A stretch of DNA of 64,000 nt from an uncultured delta proteobacterium (lineage in GTDB: Bacteria; Myxococcota; Myxococcia; Myxococcales; Myxococcaceae). The position numbers and the translations under genes are program-made. The stretch covers positions 224,001-288,000 of the forward strand of contig CAWCKH010000003.1 of assembly GCA_963796055.1 (NCBI GenBank), read 5' to 3'. The notes beneath the pieces are model-generated. The model was given only the letters and a program-made list of their open reading frames with translations, ran no database searches and was not told the DNA's origin. Of the stretch, positions 42,157 to 52,484 are shown one piece after another (within the stretch, counting starts at the first letter, position 1; each line of letters begins with the position of its first letter).

Positions 42157-44711
42157 CCTCCCGGCACCTCCCGCGGCGCGCCGGACGGCAGCCGCGCCGT
42201 CCGTTCCTGCCGCACCCGCTCCCGCCACAGCATCCAGCTGGGGAGGGCGACCATCGCCGCCGCGAGGCAGCATACCTCGCCCAGCACTGCGATCAGCCCC
42301 AGCGAGCGCACCGCCTGGTTCACCGAGCGAAGCAGCGCCAGGTATCCGAGGCTGGTGGTGAGGCTGTTGAGCACCACCGCGCCGCCGGTCGAGCGCATCG
42401 CGGGGATGACGCCGCCGCCGTTCAGGATCCGCTGCATCACGTTGACCGCGTAGTCCACCCCGATGCCGAAGGTGATGGGGATGGCGACGAAGTTGAAGAA
42501 GTTGATCTTGATGTGCCCCAGGTAGAGCAGGAGCGCCAGCCACAGCAGCCCCACGCCCAGCGAGCCCACCACCTCCAGCGACGCCCTGCCGCGTCCGAAG
42601 GCGAGGAAGACGGTGAGGGTGGTGAGCGACAGCGACACCGCCGCAGCCTTGGGAATGTCCTTCAGCACCGCGTCCAGGATGTCGGCGAAGATGACCGCCC
42701 GGCCGGACCCGCGGATGACGTCGCCGTTGGGCAGCCGGGTGAGCCGGAAGCTGTCCGCCCAGCGGAGCAGGTAGTGCAGATCGTTGTCGTCCTTGCCGTT
42801 GGTGGGGGTGATGAACACCAGCCGCCCGCGCGTGCCGTCCACCTCGGAGAAGGGACGGGCCAGGTCCTCCGGGAGGTCGGCGATGGTGTAGGGCTTGAGG
42901 TTCTCCGGCGGGAGCAGCTCCTTCAGCTCCTTCCAGTCCGCGTCGGAGATGGCGCCCTGGCGGCGGGCCTTGAGGAGCTTTCTCCGGATGTCCTCGAGCA
43001 GGGGAATCTTCGCCGCCTGGTCCGGAGGGACGAAATCCTGAAGGGCGTGAACACTTTCGAACGGCTTGAGGTCCGGAGGGGCCGAGTCCCGCCGTTCCTC
43101 CAGAGCCTTCTTCAGCTCGGGCACCTCCTCCGGACTATTGGCCAGCACCACCATCCCGCTCTCGGTGTTGTTGCCCAGGACCTCGGCGGCCTTGGCGGCG
43201 ACCCGGTACAGCTCCTTTCCGCCACCCAGGTCGTTCTGCATGTGCCGCATGTCGTAGTCGATGGGGTCGGAGCGGAGCCAGAGGACGAAGGCCACCGCAC
43301 CGGCCGCGGCGAGGACCAGCGACAGGACGGCCATGGCCCGCGGCGCCTTCGAGACCAGGAAGACGAAGGGCCGCTCGTAGGCGGACGGGCGCTGCCGCCA
43401 GCGTTGGAACCAGTTGCGGGACTTCCCGCTCCCGTGGATGGGCCAGCGCCTGTCTTGCAGGACCAGCACCGCCGGAGCGAGGAAGTACGTCGCCAGCCAG
43501 CAGAGCAGCATCCCCGAGGTGCCGATGAAGGCGAAGTGCTTGAACCCGTGGAACTGGGTGACCGCGAGGCTCCCGTAGGCGGCGGCGGCGGCCAGGGCGG
43601 CGGTGAGCGTGCCCACCCAGGTGGCGAGGTGCGCCTGCCGGATGGCTGTCTCGAGGTCCGACCCCCGCCGGCGCTCCTCGAGGAAGCGGGCCACGTAGAG
43701 CACGCCGAAGTTGATGCCATTTCCGGCGATGATCGACACCAGGAACCCGGTGATGACGTTGAGATGGCCGATGGCCAGCCGGGTGAGACCGAAGGTCAAG
43801 GTCAGCCCGGCGAACATGGTGACCGCCATCGGCACCAGAACCCGGAAGCGGCGGTAGTAGATGAAGATGACGCCGAGGATGGCCACCACCCCGGTGAGGC
43901 CCACGCTCACCAGGTCGTCCAGCACCGCTCCGTACTCGTACAGCCCGGTGACCAGGTCGCCGGCGTAGCCGATCTTGATGCCTCGGGCCGCGGCGTCGGG
44001 GAGCGTCTTCTGGACGGCCTCCTTCACCCTGGCCAGCGCCTGGCGCGCGCGCTCGAGGTCCCCGGTGGTGGGGATGCCGGTCCGCACCAGCACCACCAGC
44101 GTCTTGCCGTCCTTCGACTCGAAGTAGCCGTCGGGGTAGCGGTCCTTGGCTGCCTCGAGGGTGGCGGACTTGCCGCCCAGGAACTTTTGTTTGAGTTCGG
44201 CGAGGGTCGGAGCCTTCTGCTCCTCGTCGTCGTCCTCGAGGCCGAGCGACAGCGCCTTGCCCACGGCCTTCTTGCGCTGAGCGTCCAGCTCCTTGTCGAG
44301 CTTCTGCAGGTCCTCGACGCTGGCGAACAGGCCCGAGCGCGGGAGCAGGAATTCCCGGGCGGTCTGGACGCCGTCCTCGGCGCTGACCACCCAGGGCGGG
44401 CCGATGGCCCGGAGCGGACCGAGGAGGGCGTCACCGGCCTTCCGGAGGGTTTCCCGGTCGGGCCCCTCGAGGACGACGAAGATGCTGGAGCTACCGGCCG
44501 TCCGCTCGGTGAGCCGCTTGAGCTCCAGAACGGAGGGCTGGTCGTCCGGAAGCAGCTGGTCGAAGCGGGTCCGCAGCTCCAGGCCGCGGGCGAGCCAGGC
44601 CCCGGTGCCGGTCAGGACGAGGCCGATCAGCAGCACCTGCCAGGGCGCGCGCAGCTGCCAGGCCGCGAGCCGCAGGAGGATCCGCTCGATGACGCTCGTC
44701 TGCTGGGGCAA
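42153..44711 (-). CDS. MMPL/RND-family lipid exporter (HpnN-like)
   Basis: Two repeats of a periplasmic loop plus TM bundle, with G.GINFG.LY..RF.EE and GIGVDYAVN motifs and TG.AV.L.SLTT.LGY. Start uncertain (TTG 44711). Confidence 0.88.
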   Translation of the reverse strand: MPQQTSVIERILLRLAAWQLRAPWQVLLIGLVLTGTGAWLARGLELRTRFDQLLPDDQPSVLELKRLTERTAGSSSIFVVLEGPDRETLRKAGDALLGPLRAIGPPWVVSAEDGVQTAREFLLPRSGLFASVEDLQKLDKELDAQRKKAVGKALSLGLEDDDEEQKAPTLAELKQKFLGGKSATLEAAKDRYPDGYFESKDGKTLVVLVRTGIPTTGDLERARQALARVKEAVQKTLPDAAARGIKIGYAGDLVTGLYEYGAVLDDLVSVGLTGVVAILGVIFIYYRRFRVLVPMAVTMFAGLTLTFGLTRLAIGHLNVITGFLVSIIAGNGINFGVLYVARFLEERRRGSDLETAIRQAHLATWVGTLTAALAAAAAYGSLAVTQFHGFKHFAFIGTSGMLLCWLATYFLAPAVLVLQDRRWPIHGSGKSRNWFQRWRQRPSAYERPFVFLVSKAPRAMAVLSLVLAAAGAVAFVLWLRSDPIDYDMRHMQNDLGGGKELYRVAAKAAEVLGNNTESGMVVLANSPEEVPELKKALEERRDSAPPDLKPFESVHALQDFVPPDQAAKIPLLEDIRRKLLKARRQGAISDADWKELKELLPPENLKPYTIADLPEDLARPFSEVDGTRGRLVFITPTNGKDDNDLHYLLRWADSFRLTRLPNGDVIRGSGRAVIFADILDAVLKDIPKAAAVSLSLTTLTVFLAFGRGRASLEVVGSLGVGLLWLALLLYLGHIKINFFNFVAIPITFGIGVDYAVNVMQRILNGGGVIPAMRSTGGAVVLNSLTTSLGYLALLRSVNQAVRSLGLIAVLGEVCCLAAAMVALPSWMLWRERVRQERTARLPSGAPREVPGG

Positions 44712-44827
44712 TGCGCGAGCTCTCCTCCCGGGCGGGCACCCCACCGGCCGGGGGTGTCACGCCGACGGGCCAGGGTGCGCCACATAACCTGCGGCAACCC
44801 GGTTGACCAGCTTCGGCCGCAGCCGGC

Positions 44828-45747
<920 letters not shown>

Positions 45748-45751
<4 letters not shown>

Positions 45752-46359
45752 GGACGGCGACTCCTTCTAGGGTTGGATGCTGCCGCTCGGTGGCCGAGGA
45801 TCCACTCGGCGAAGTCTCGAAAGGCTCCGTGCCCACCCGGGACGGAGCAGATGTGGTTAACGAGTGCCAGCACGCTCGGCAAGGCGTCCGACGGGGCGGC
45901 GGTCAGCCCCTCGCGCGACAGGATCGTGAGCACCTCGACGTCGTTCACGTCGTCCCCGATGAAGCCCACCTCGGAGAGGGCGAGCCCCTCCTGCCGGCAG
46001 AGCGCCAGGACGGCCCCCGCCTTGTCCTTCACCCCCAGCAGCACGTGTCGCAACCCGAGCTTCTCGCCCCGACGGACGACGGCGGGCGAGCGCTCGCCGG
46101 TGACGATGCCGGTCTCGATGCCCGCGTTCCGGAGCCGCTCCACGCCCATCCCGTCGCGGATGCTGAAGCGCTTCAGCTCCTCGCCGCGCTCGGAGTAGTA
46201 CACGCCTGTATCGGTGAGCACGCCGTCGCTGTCGGTCAGCACCAGGCGGAGCCGCTCCGCCCGCAGTGCCAGCTCCGAGGGCCCGAGCGCCGGCTTCTGC
46301 ACCCGGGTCACCCGGGCGGCGGGGTCCACCCGGCGGGCAGTGCGCACCCGCTTCACCAC
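45748..46359 (-). CDS. KdsC-family HAD phosphatase (KDO-8-P/KDN-9-P phosphatase-like)
   Basis: DSDGVLTD, KRFSIRDGMG, FIGDDVND and GG.GAFRDF motifs. ATGA overlap with the NeuB start. Confidence 0.9.
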
Positions 46360-47174
46360 GCGGTGAAGCCTCCGTCCACCACCAGAGCCGCACCGGTCAT
46401 GTAGCGGCTGGCATCGCTGGCGAGGAACACCACCGCGCCCCGGTAGTCGTCGGGGCGCGCCATCCGGCCCAGCGGGGTGCGGCGGGCGTAGGCCTCGACG
46501 AACCAGGCGTCCTGGCCGGCCTCGACGCCGCCCGGGCAGAGCGCGTTCACCCGTACGCCGGCCGCCCCCCAGTAGGCGGCGAGGAACCGGGTGAAGGCCA
46601 GCACCGCGCCCTTGGTGGTGGGGTACGCGGCCGTCTTCCAGAAGGCCTGCGTCCCGTCGGGTTTCCGGTAGAGCGACTGGTCGGGCGCGACCAGCCCGTA
46701 GGTGGACGAGACGTTGACGATGCTCCCCTGCCCCGCCCTGGCCATCTCGCTCCCCAGCACCTGAGCGCAGAGGAAGGTTCCGGTGACGTTCACCTCGAGC
46801 GACTGGCGAAACAGCGCCACCGGGTAGCCCTCGAAGCGGGATTGCTCCGCCGCCTTGGCCGGGTCCTCGAACTTGTCGTTGATCGCCGCGTTGTTCACCA
46901 GCACGTCGATCCGGCCCGCGGCGGCGAGCACCTGGTCGCGGAGCGCCTGGACCGAGGTCTCGGAGGTGATGTCGGCGCCGATGCCCAGCGCGCCACGGCC
47001 GAACTCCGCCGCCACCCGCGCACAGGCCGCACCGTCGATGTCGGTGAGCACCACCCGGGCACCCGCATCGGCCAGGGCGCGGCAGTGCTCGCGGCCGAGC
47101 AGGCCCAGGGCGCCGGTGACCACCGCCACCTTCCCCTCCAGCGGGCGCTCGCCCGACGCTGTCTTCGGATCCAT
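46353..47174 (-). CDS. Short-chain dehydrogenase/reductase
   Basis: TGALGLLG, NNAA, SS.YG..APDQ.LY, YPTTK and VRVNALCPGG motifs. Overlaps the KdsC start. Confidence 0.92.
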   Translation of the reverse strand: MDPKTASGERPLEGKVAVVTGALGLLGREHCRALADAGARVVLTDIDGAACARVAAEFGRGALGIGADITSETSVQALRDQVLAAAGRIDVLVNNAAINDKFEDPAKAAEQSRFEGYPVALFRQSLEVNVTGTFLCAQVLGSEMARAGQGSIVNVSSTYGLVAPDQSLYRKPDGTQAFWKTAAYPTTKGAVLAFTRFLAAYWGAAGVRVNALCPGGVEAGQDAWFVEAYARRTPLGRMARPDDYRGAVVFLASDASRYMTGAALVVDGGFTAW

Positions 47175-47330
47175 CGCGCTCAACGTTGTGTTCCCCGGGG
47201 GCCCGGCCTGCAAGTCCCCGAAGACACAGAGGTCTTCAGCCGGACCACCTCCGGAACGGGCACGTCTACCACGGATTCGGCCAAACGCCTCTCAGGATGC
47301 CTGCCGCACCTCGGGCGCGGGCGCTCCGCC

Positions 47331-48443
47331 TCATCGGCCCCGGTCCTCCCGTCCGGCCCGGGTGGCGAGGAGGAGGACCCAGCCCACCGCGATCCAGAAC
47401 ACCTCCTTGAACCGCTTCAGCAGAACGAACGCCGCTGCCCGGTTCACGGCGTCGGGGATACCGGCCTGGCGCAGGAAGGCCATGTACCCGGCGTCCTGCA
47501 CTCCCAGCCCGGCGGGGATGAAGAACGCCGCGCTCCGGGCGAACGAGACCACCGGCTCGAAGGCGAGCACCGCCTGGAAAGAGAGGTCGACTCCGAGCAG
47601 CCGCAGCAGCACCCAGCTCTCGCCGGCCTCGGCGAACCATCCGGCGAGAATCCACAAGAAGGCCACCACCAGCCCCCGGGCATGCGACCGGAGGACCATG
47701 CGCACGTGCTGGTCGGTGTCCATGAAGGCCACCTCGCGGGCGATCATCCACTTCTGGATCCGCGCCACCGGCACCCGGCGGAGCAGCTTCCACAGCCGCT
47801 CGGCGACCCGGCCGGAGACGAGCACCGCCACCATTCCCGCCGACACGAGCGTGCTGAGGATGCCCAGCCCGAACAGCAGCGGGCGAAGCACTGGGCCCTC
47901 GGGGGCCAACGCCCCGGTGACCACCGCCGCGGTGAGGAGGTACACGCCCTGGGTGCCAACCTGCAGCGCCTTCTTGACCGCCAGGCTTGCCGCGCCCTCG
48001 GCGACCTCCACCCCGAACCGCCGCGAAAGGAACCAGACCTTCAGGCCCTCGGCCAGGATCGGCCCACCGGGGAAGCTGAGCTGCACTGCCTCGGTGGACA
48101 GCCGGAGCCCGAGCAGTCGCCAGGTCGCCACCCGTGCCTCGAGGCCGCGGAGGATGGCGGCCCATCCGGCGGTGTCGAGGGTCACCGCCACGCCGTAGGG
48201 CACCACGGCGAGGAGCACCAGCGGCCCGACCTCGGCGAGCAGGCGCGCAACGTTGCGCAGGTCAGCCATCCACAGCACGCGGACGAAGAGCCCCGCCGAG
48301 ACGAGGAGCACCAGCAGGCGCAGGACGCGCTTCCAGGGGCCCGGCCTGGGCGGGACGAGCGCCGGGTCGATGGGCGGAAGGACGCTGGTCGCTGCCGCGG
48401 GCTTCGGGGTCTCGGCCGGGGGCGAGCCTTTGTCGAGACTCAC
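47331..48443 (-). CDS. Lysylphosphatidylglycerol-synthase TM / flippase-like (UPF0104, HpnL-like) membrane protein
   Basis: Multi-TM protein with P.G....E..K, FFIPAGLGVQDAG and L.KR.KE.FW motifs. GTGA overlap with the exonuclease stop. Confidence 0.85.
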   Translation of the reverse strand: MSLDKGSPPAETPKPAAATSVLPPIDPALVPPRPGPWKRVLRLLVLLVSAGLFVRVLWMADLRNVARLLAEVGPLVLLAVVPYGVAVTLDTAGWAAILRGLEARVATWRLLGLRLSTEAVQLSFPGGPILAEGLKVWFLSRRFGVEVAEGAASLAVKKALQVGTQGVYLLTAAVVTGALAPEGPVLRPLLFGLGILSTLVSAGMVAVLVSGRVAERLWKLLRRVPVARIQKWMIAREVAFMDTDQHVRMVLRSHARGLVVAFLWILAGWFAEAGESWVLLRLLGVDLSFQAVLAFEPVVSFARSAAFFIPAGLGVQDAGYMAFLRQAGIPDAVNRAAAFVLLKRFKEVFWIAVGWVLLLATRAGREDRGR

Positions 48444-49318
48444 ACCGCCCACCGCGGCACGCGAGACAGGAGCCCCGGCGCGTCCACCTGGCGGGCGAAG
48501 AGCTCGAACGGCTCCCGGGGGATGCCGAGGTGCTCCAGCGCCGCCAGGGAGGTGTCCACCGGGGCGTCCGTGCGCAGGGTGGCGAGCGTCCGGTAGAGGA
48601 GCACATCCGCCCGCCGCTCGGCGAGCGTCCGCGCCAGCGTGTCGCGCGAGCGCACCGCCTCGGGCCAGGTGCGCGGGTCCGGGGGGATCGCCTCGAGGTG
48701 GCGGAACGCAGCGAGCACCGCCGCGGCGCCCTTCTCGCCGAACCCGGGCAGCCCCGGGATGCCGTCGGCGGTGTCTCCGACGAGGGCCAGCCAGTCCGGG
48801 ATGCTCTCGGGCCCGATGCCTCGAAGCGTCCGGAGCGCCGGCTCGTCGATGACCTTGCCACGCATGCGGTCCACCTGGACCACCTGGTTCCCCCGGAGGC
48901 ACTGCCCCAGGTCCTTGTCCGGGGTCAGGATGCGCACCTGCTCGACCTGCGGACAGAAGCGGGCAGCGCCGGTAGCCAGGGCATCGTCGGCCTCGAACTC
49001 CTGCATCGACCAGACGGTGATGCCGAGGGCGCGGGTCGCCAGCTCGGCGACGTCGAACTGCGCCAGCAGCTCCTCCGGGACGCCAGCCTCCGTCTTGTAT
49101 CCGGCGAAGAGGTCATTGCGGAACGAACGGATGGGATTGTCGAACGCCACCGCCAGGTGGGTGGGCCGCTCGGCGGGGTCGGCGAGCAGCGCCAGCAGCG
49201 ACGAGACCAGCCCCACCGTCGCCTTGAGGGCCGTGCCGTCAGGCGCCCGGTGAGGGGGCCGCCGGGAGAAGTGCGCCCGGAACAGCTCGTAGGTGCCGTC
49301 GACGAGGTGGAGCCGCAT
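48440..49318 (-). CDS. Stand-alone 5'-3' exonuclease / flap endonuclease
   Basis: LVDGTYELFR, SFRN.LF.GYK, EADDAL, DKDL.Q and LALVGD.ADGIPGLPG.G.K (H3TH) motifs. Confidence 0.93.
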   Translation of the reverse strand: MRLHLVDGTYELFRAHFSRRPPHRAPDGTALKATVGLVSSLLALLADPAERPTHLAVAFDNPIRSFRNDLFAGYKTEAGVPEELLAQFDVAELATRALGITVWSMQEFEADDALATGAARFCPQVEQVRILTPDKDLGQCLRGNQVVQVDRMRGKVIDEPALRTLRGIGPESIPDWLALVGDTADGIPGLPGFGEKGAAAVLAAFRHLEAIPPDPRTWPEAVRSRDTLARTLAERRADVLLYRTLATLRTDAPVDTSLAALEHLGIPREPFELFARQVDAPGLLSRVPRWAV

Positions 49319-49455
49319 GTTCGCCTCGACAGCGTACCCCTCCCGGGGACGATGACGCCGCCGCGACCAAGGGGGCCATCCAACCGCCGTAACGAAGGGC
49401 GCGCTCCTGCGACTGTCGTTGGGACGAGCGCTGGAAGCCACTCGCGGCGTGACCC

Positions 49456-49479
49456 GCGGCCCCGAAGGGTCGGGGCCGC
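49456..49479. terminator. GC-rich hairpin (possible terminator or stability element)
   Basis: GCGGCCCCGA-AGGG-TCGGGGCCGC perfect 10-bp stem, no U-tract. Confidence 0.35.
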
Positions 49480-49537
49480 CGTCGAGTCGCTCGGCGCGTG
49501 CTGCAGGGGCCCGGACGTCAGGCGACGCCCGGTGTGA

Positions 49538-49745
49538 CTAGGGCCTGTCCTTGGAGATCGGGTTGTCGAAGTCCCTGGGCGTCTGCGCCAGGTGGAAATT
49601 CAGGACCTTGATGTCCGACTTTAGCTTCGCGACCTGTGCTTCCAGGCCTTCACCTGCTCGCCCTGCATGCCCTTGACCGACGACATGACCGTGGCCGCAT
49701 CCGCGTCATCATCGCCGCCTTGGCCTTCTCCATCTTGTCTTTCCA
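49538..49745 (-). pseudogene. Frameshifted 3' remnant of a small coiled-coil protein
   Basis: Three frames join into KDKMEKAKAAM / DAATVMSSVKGMQGEQVKA / LEAQVAKLKSDIKVLNFHLAQTPRDFDNPISKDRP*, with coding-like codon usage. Confidence 0.5.
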
Positions 49746-50045
49746 ACGAGGGCAGAGCACGGCTCCGTGGCATCCGGGTGACACGCCGCAGCGCGACACC
49801 GGGCTCACCCGATCGACGGGAACCCGAAGAGCGCCCGGCATGGAGCACGGGCCAGGCCGAACACCCGGAAACGTTCGGGGGTCAACGGACGCAGAGCAAC
49901 CGAGATCCCCGGGCCCTCGCGCACCAGCGTTGCCAGAGACGCCACGTCTTGCACTCGTGGCGGATGTCCAGCGGGTGGCCCCTGTCCCGCGCCCGCGTCG
50001 AGCAGGCTGGTCCTCCCCCCGGTTCCTCGGCGCCGGCCCGCACCG

Positions 50046-52166
50046 CTAGACGGCGCGGAGCGGGATGCGGAGGAGCGGCTCGAGCACGGCGAGCTGTGCA
50101 TCGCGCACCGGTTCCCCGGGAGCCGGCTGGCGCCGAACGTAGGTCCCGTCCGGCTGGAGGTCACGGGCCCGGGTGTTGTCGGTCAGCGACGGCTCGATGA
50201 CCTCGCGGTGGATGCGCCCGCGCAGGTCCCGGTCCTCCACCGGGAACATCAGCTCCACCCGGCGGTAGAGGTTGCGCGGCATCCAGTCCGCCGAGGAGAG
50301 AAAGACCTGCTCGTGCTCTCCGGTCCCGAAGACGAAGACCCGCGAGTGCTCGAGGAAGCGCCCCACCACGCTGAACACCCGGATGTTCTCCGAGACGCCC
50401 GGGAGCCCGGGGCGGAGGCAGCAGATTCCGCGGATGCAGAGGTCCACGTGACAACCCGCCTGGCTCGCCTGGTAGAGGGCGTCGATGACCGCCAGGTCCA
50501 CCAGCGCGTTCATCTTGGCGTAGATGCGCGCCGGCTTCCCCGCCCGGGCGAGCTCGGTCTGCTCGGTGATCCTCCGCAGCACGGTGTCGGCGAGCGTGAC
50601 CGGAGCCACCGCCAGCTTGCGGTAGTGCGCCACCTTGGCAAACCCGGACAGAGCGTTGAAGACCTCCGAGACGTCCTCGCCCAGACCCTGATCGGCGCTG
50701 AACATCCCCACGTCGGTGTACAGCCGGGAGGTGCTGACGTTGTAGTTGCCGGTGGAGAGGTGGACGTAGCGGCGGATCTGCCCCTCCTCGCGGCGCACCA
50801 CCAGGATGACCTTGGCGTGCGTCTTGAGGCCCACCGAGCCGTAGAAGACGTGCACCCCGGCGTGCTCCAGCTGCCGGGCCCAGACGATGTTGTTCTGCTC
50901 GTCGAAGCGCGCCTTCAGCTCGATGGCCACCGCCACCTGCTTGCCGTTCTCGGCGGCGGCGATGAGCGCCTTGACGATCTCCGAGTTCGAGCCGGTGCGG
51001 TACAGCGTCATCTTGATCGCCAGCACCGCCGGGTCCTCGGCGGCGCGGCGAAGGAAGTGGAGCACCGGCTGAAACGAATCGTACGGATGGTGGAGGAGGA
51101 TGTCGCCCTGCCGCACCACCGCGAACGGGTCCTCCGCCTCGGCCAGCGCGTGGTTCAGCGTCTGGACGAACGGGACGTCGTGCAAGTCCGCGCGAGGCAG
51201 CATCGCCACTGCCATCAGCGCCGAGGCCCCCAGCACCCCGGACTCCTCGTAGAGATCGTCCTCCTCGATCTCCAGCTTGGAGAGGAGGAACTCGCGGATC
51301 CGCGCCGGCGTGTCGGGGTGCACCTCCAGCCGCACCACGGCGCCGAACTTCCGCCGGCGGATCTCCCGGTCGATGGTGACCAGGAGATCGTGCGCCTCCT
51401 CCTCCATGATCTCCATGTCCATGTCCCGGGTGATCCGGAACGGGTGGACCCCGAGGATCTGCATCCCCGGGAAGAGCTGGTCGAGGTTGGCGGCGATGAG
51501 CCCCTCGAGGGGGAGGAACTCCCCGGGGTGCGCGTCGTCGGGCGACTCGCTGAACCGCTCCAGGGGCACGAAGCGGGGGAGGATCTCCGGGACCTTCACC
51601 CGGGCGAACCGGCGCTCCCCGCTCTCCGGATCCGCCGCCTCCACCGCCAGCGACAGCGAGAGGTTGGAGATGAACGGGAACGGGTGCCCCGGGTCCACCG
51701 CCAGCGGGGTGAGGACCGGGAAGACCGACTCGCGGAAGTAGGCCTTGGCCCGCTCCTGGGCCGCCTTGCCCAGCGACTTCCAGTCGCGGATCCGGATGCC
51801 ATGCTCGGCGAGCGCCGGCAGGAGCTGCCGCTCCAGGAGATCGGTGGCGTCCTTCAGCAGCCTGCGCACCACTTCCCGGATACGGGCCAGCTGCTGCCGC
51901 GGGGTGAGCCCGTCGGGGCTGCGCTCGGCCTCGGCCTGCTCGAGCTGTTCGTGCAGTCCCGAGACCCGGATCATGAAGAACTCGTCCAGGTTGGAGAAGG
52001 TGATGGCCAGGAACTTCAGCCGCTCCAGCAGCGGCCAGTGCTGATCGGCCGCCTCCTCGAGCACCCGCTGGTTGAACGCCAGCCAGGACAGCTCGCGGTT
52101 GAAGTAGAGCGAGGGCTCCTTGGGCGTGGGACGGGCGGCGGAGGTGCTCGGTTGGGGGCGGGTCAT
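50046..52166 (-). CDS. ppk1: Polyphosphate kinase 1 (copy B)
   Basis: YFNRELSWL, NLDEFFMIRVSG, HHPYDSF, AIKMTLYR, ELKARFDE, GLKTHAK, TGNYN, RFLEHSR and SADWMPRNL motifs. True start ATG 52166. Confidence 0.96.
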   Translation of the reverse strand: MTRPQPSTSAARPTPKEPSLYFNRELSWLAFNQRVLEEAADQHWPLLERLKFLAITFSNLDEFFMIRVSGLHEQLEQAEAERSPDGLTPRQQLARIREVVRRLLKDATDLLERQLLPALAEHGIRIRDWKSLGKAAQERAKAYFRESVFPVLTPLAVDPGHPFPFISNLSLSLAVEAADPESGERRFARVKVPEILPRFVPLERFSESPDDAHPGEFLPLEGLIAANLDQLFPGMQILGVHPFRITRDMDMEIMEEEAHDLLVTIDREIRRRKFGAVVRLEVHPDTPARIREFLLSKLEIEEDDLYEESGVLGASALMAVAMLPRADLHDVPFVQTLNHALAEAEDPFAVVRQGDILLHHPYDSFQPVLHFLRRAAEDPAVLAIKMTLYRTGSNSEIVKALIAAAENGKQVAVAIELKARFDEQNNIVWARQLEHAGVHVFYGSVGLKTHAKVILVVRREEGQIRRYVHLSTGNYNVSTSRLYTDVGMFSADQGLGEDVSEVFNALSGFAKVAHYRKLAVAPVTLADTVLRRITEQTELARAGKPARIYAKMNALVDLAVIDALYQASQAGCHVDLCIRGICCLRPGLPGVSENIRVFSVVGRFLEHSRVFVFGTGEHEQVFLSSADWMPRNLYRRVELMFPVEDRDLRGRIHREVIEPSLTDNTRARDLQPDGTYVRRQPAPGEPVRDAQLAVLEPLLRIPLRAV

Positions 52167-52268
52167 CGGCTCGTCGTCTTTTCCACCGACCTGCTTGCCT
52201 GGCAACAGTGACAATCCCGCGGCGCCGCGCTTCCAGTAGGCTCGGAATTCGTCAGATGCGGGGGTTCT

Positions 52269-52466
52269 GCTTGGAGCCCGACGGTGTTCCGGGTGGAGGC
52301 AAATCTCCTCGCGGCCGTCGGTCGGTGCGAGGAGGCGCTGGACGCCGCCCAGCGCGCGCTGAACGTGCTTCCTCACCGCGCCCCACTGGAGCTCGTCGCG
52401 GCAGTCCACCGCGACCAGGCGCTCATCGGCAGCAGCTGCTCCCGGGGGACGGCGCCGGTCCGGTAG
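52269..52466 (+). pseudogene. 3' remnant paralogous to the C-terminus of the next gene
   Basis: AWSPTVFRVEANLLAAVGRCEEALDAAQRALNVLP...IGSSC aligns with PWNPGVFVARAAVLAPLGHCAEAVDAVQRALDVLP...IRASC of 52485-53945. Confidence 0.7.
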
Positions 52467-52484
52467 CGTCACCCGCCACCCCGG

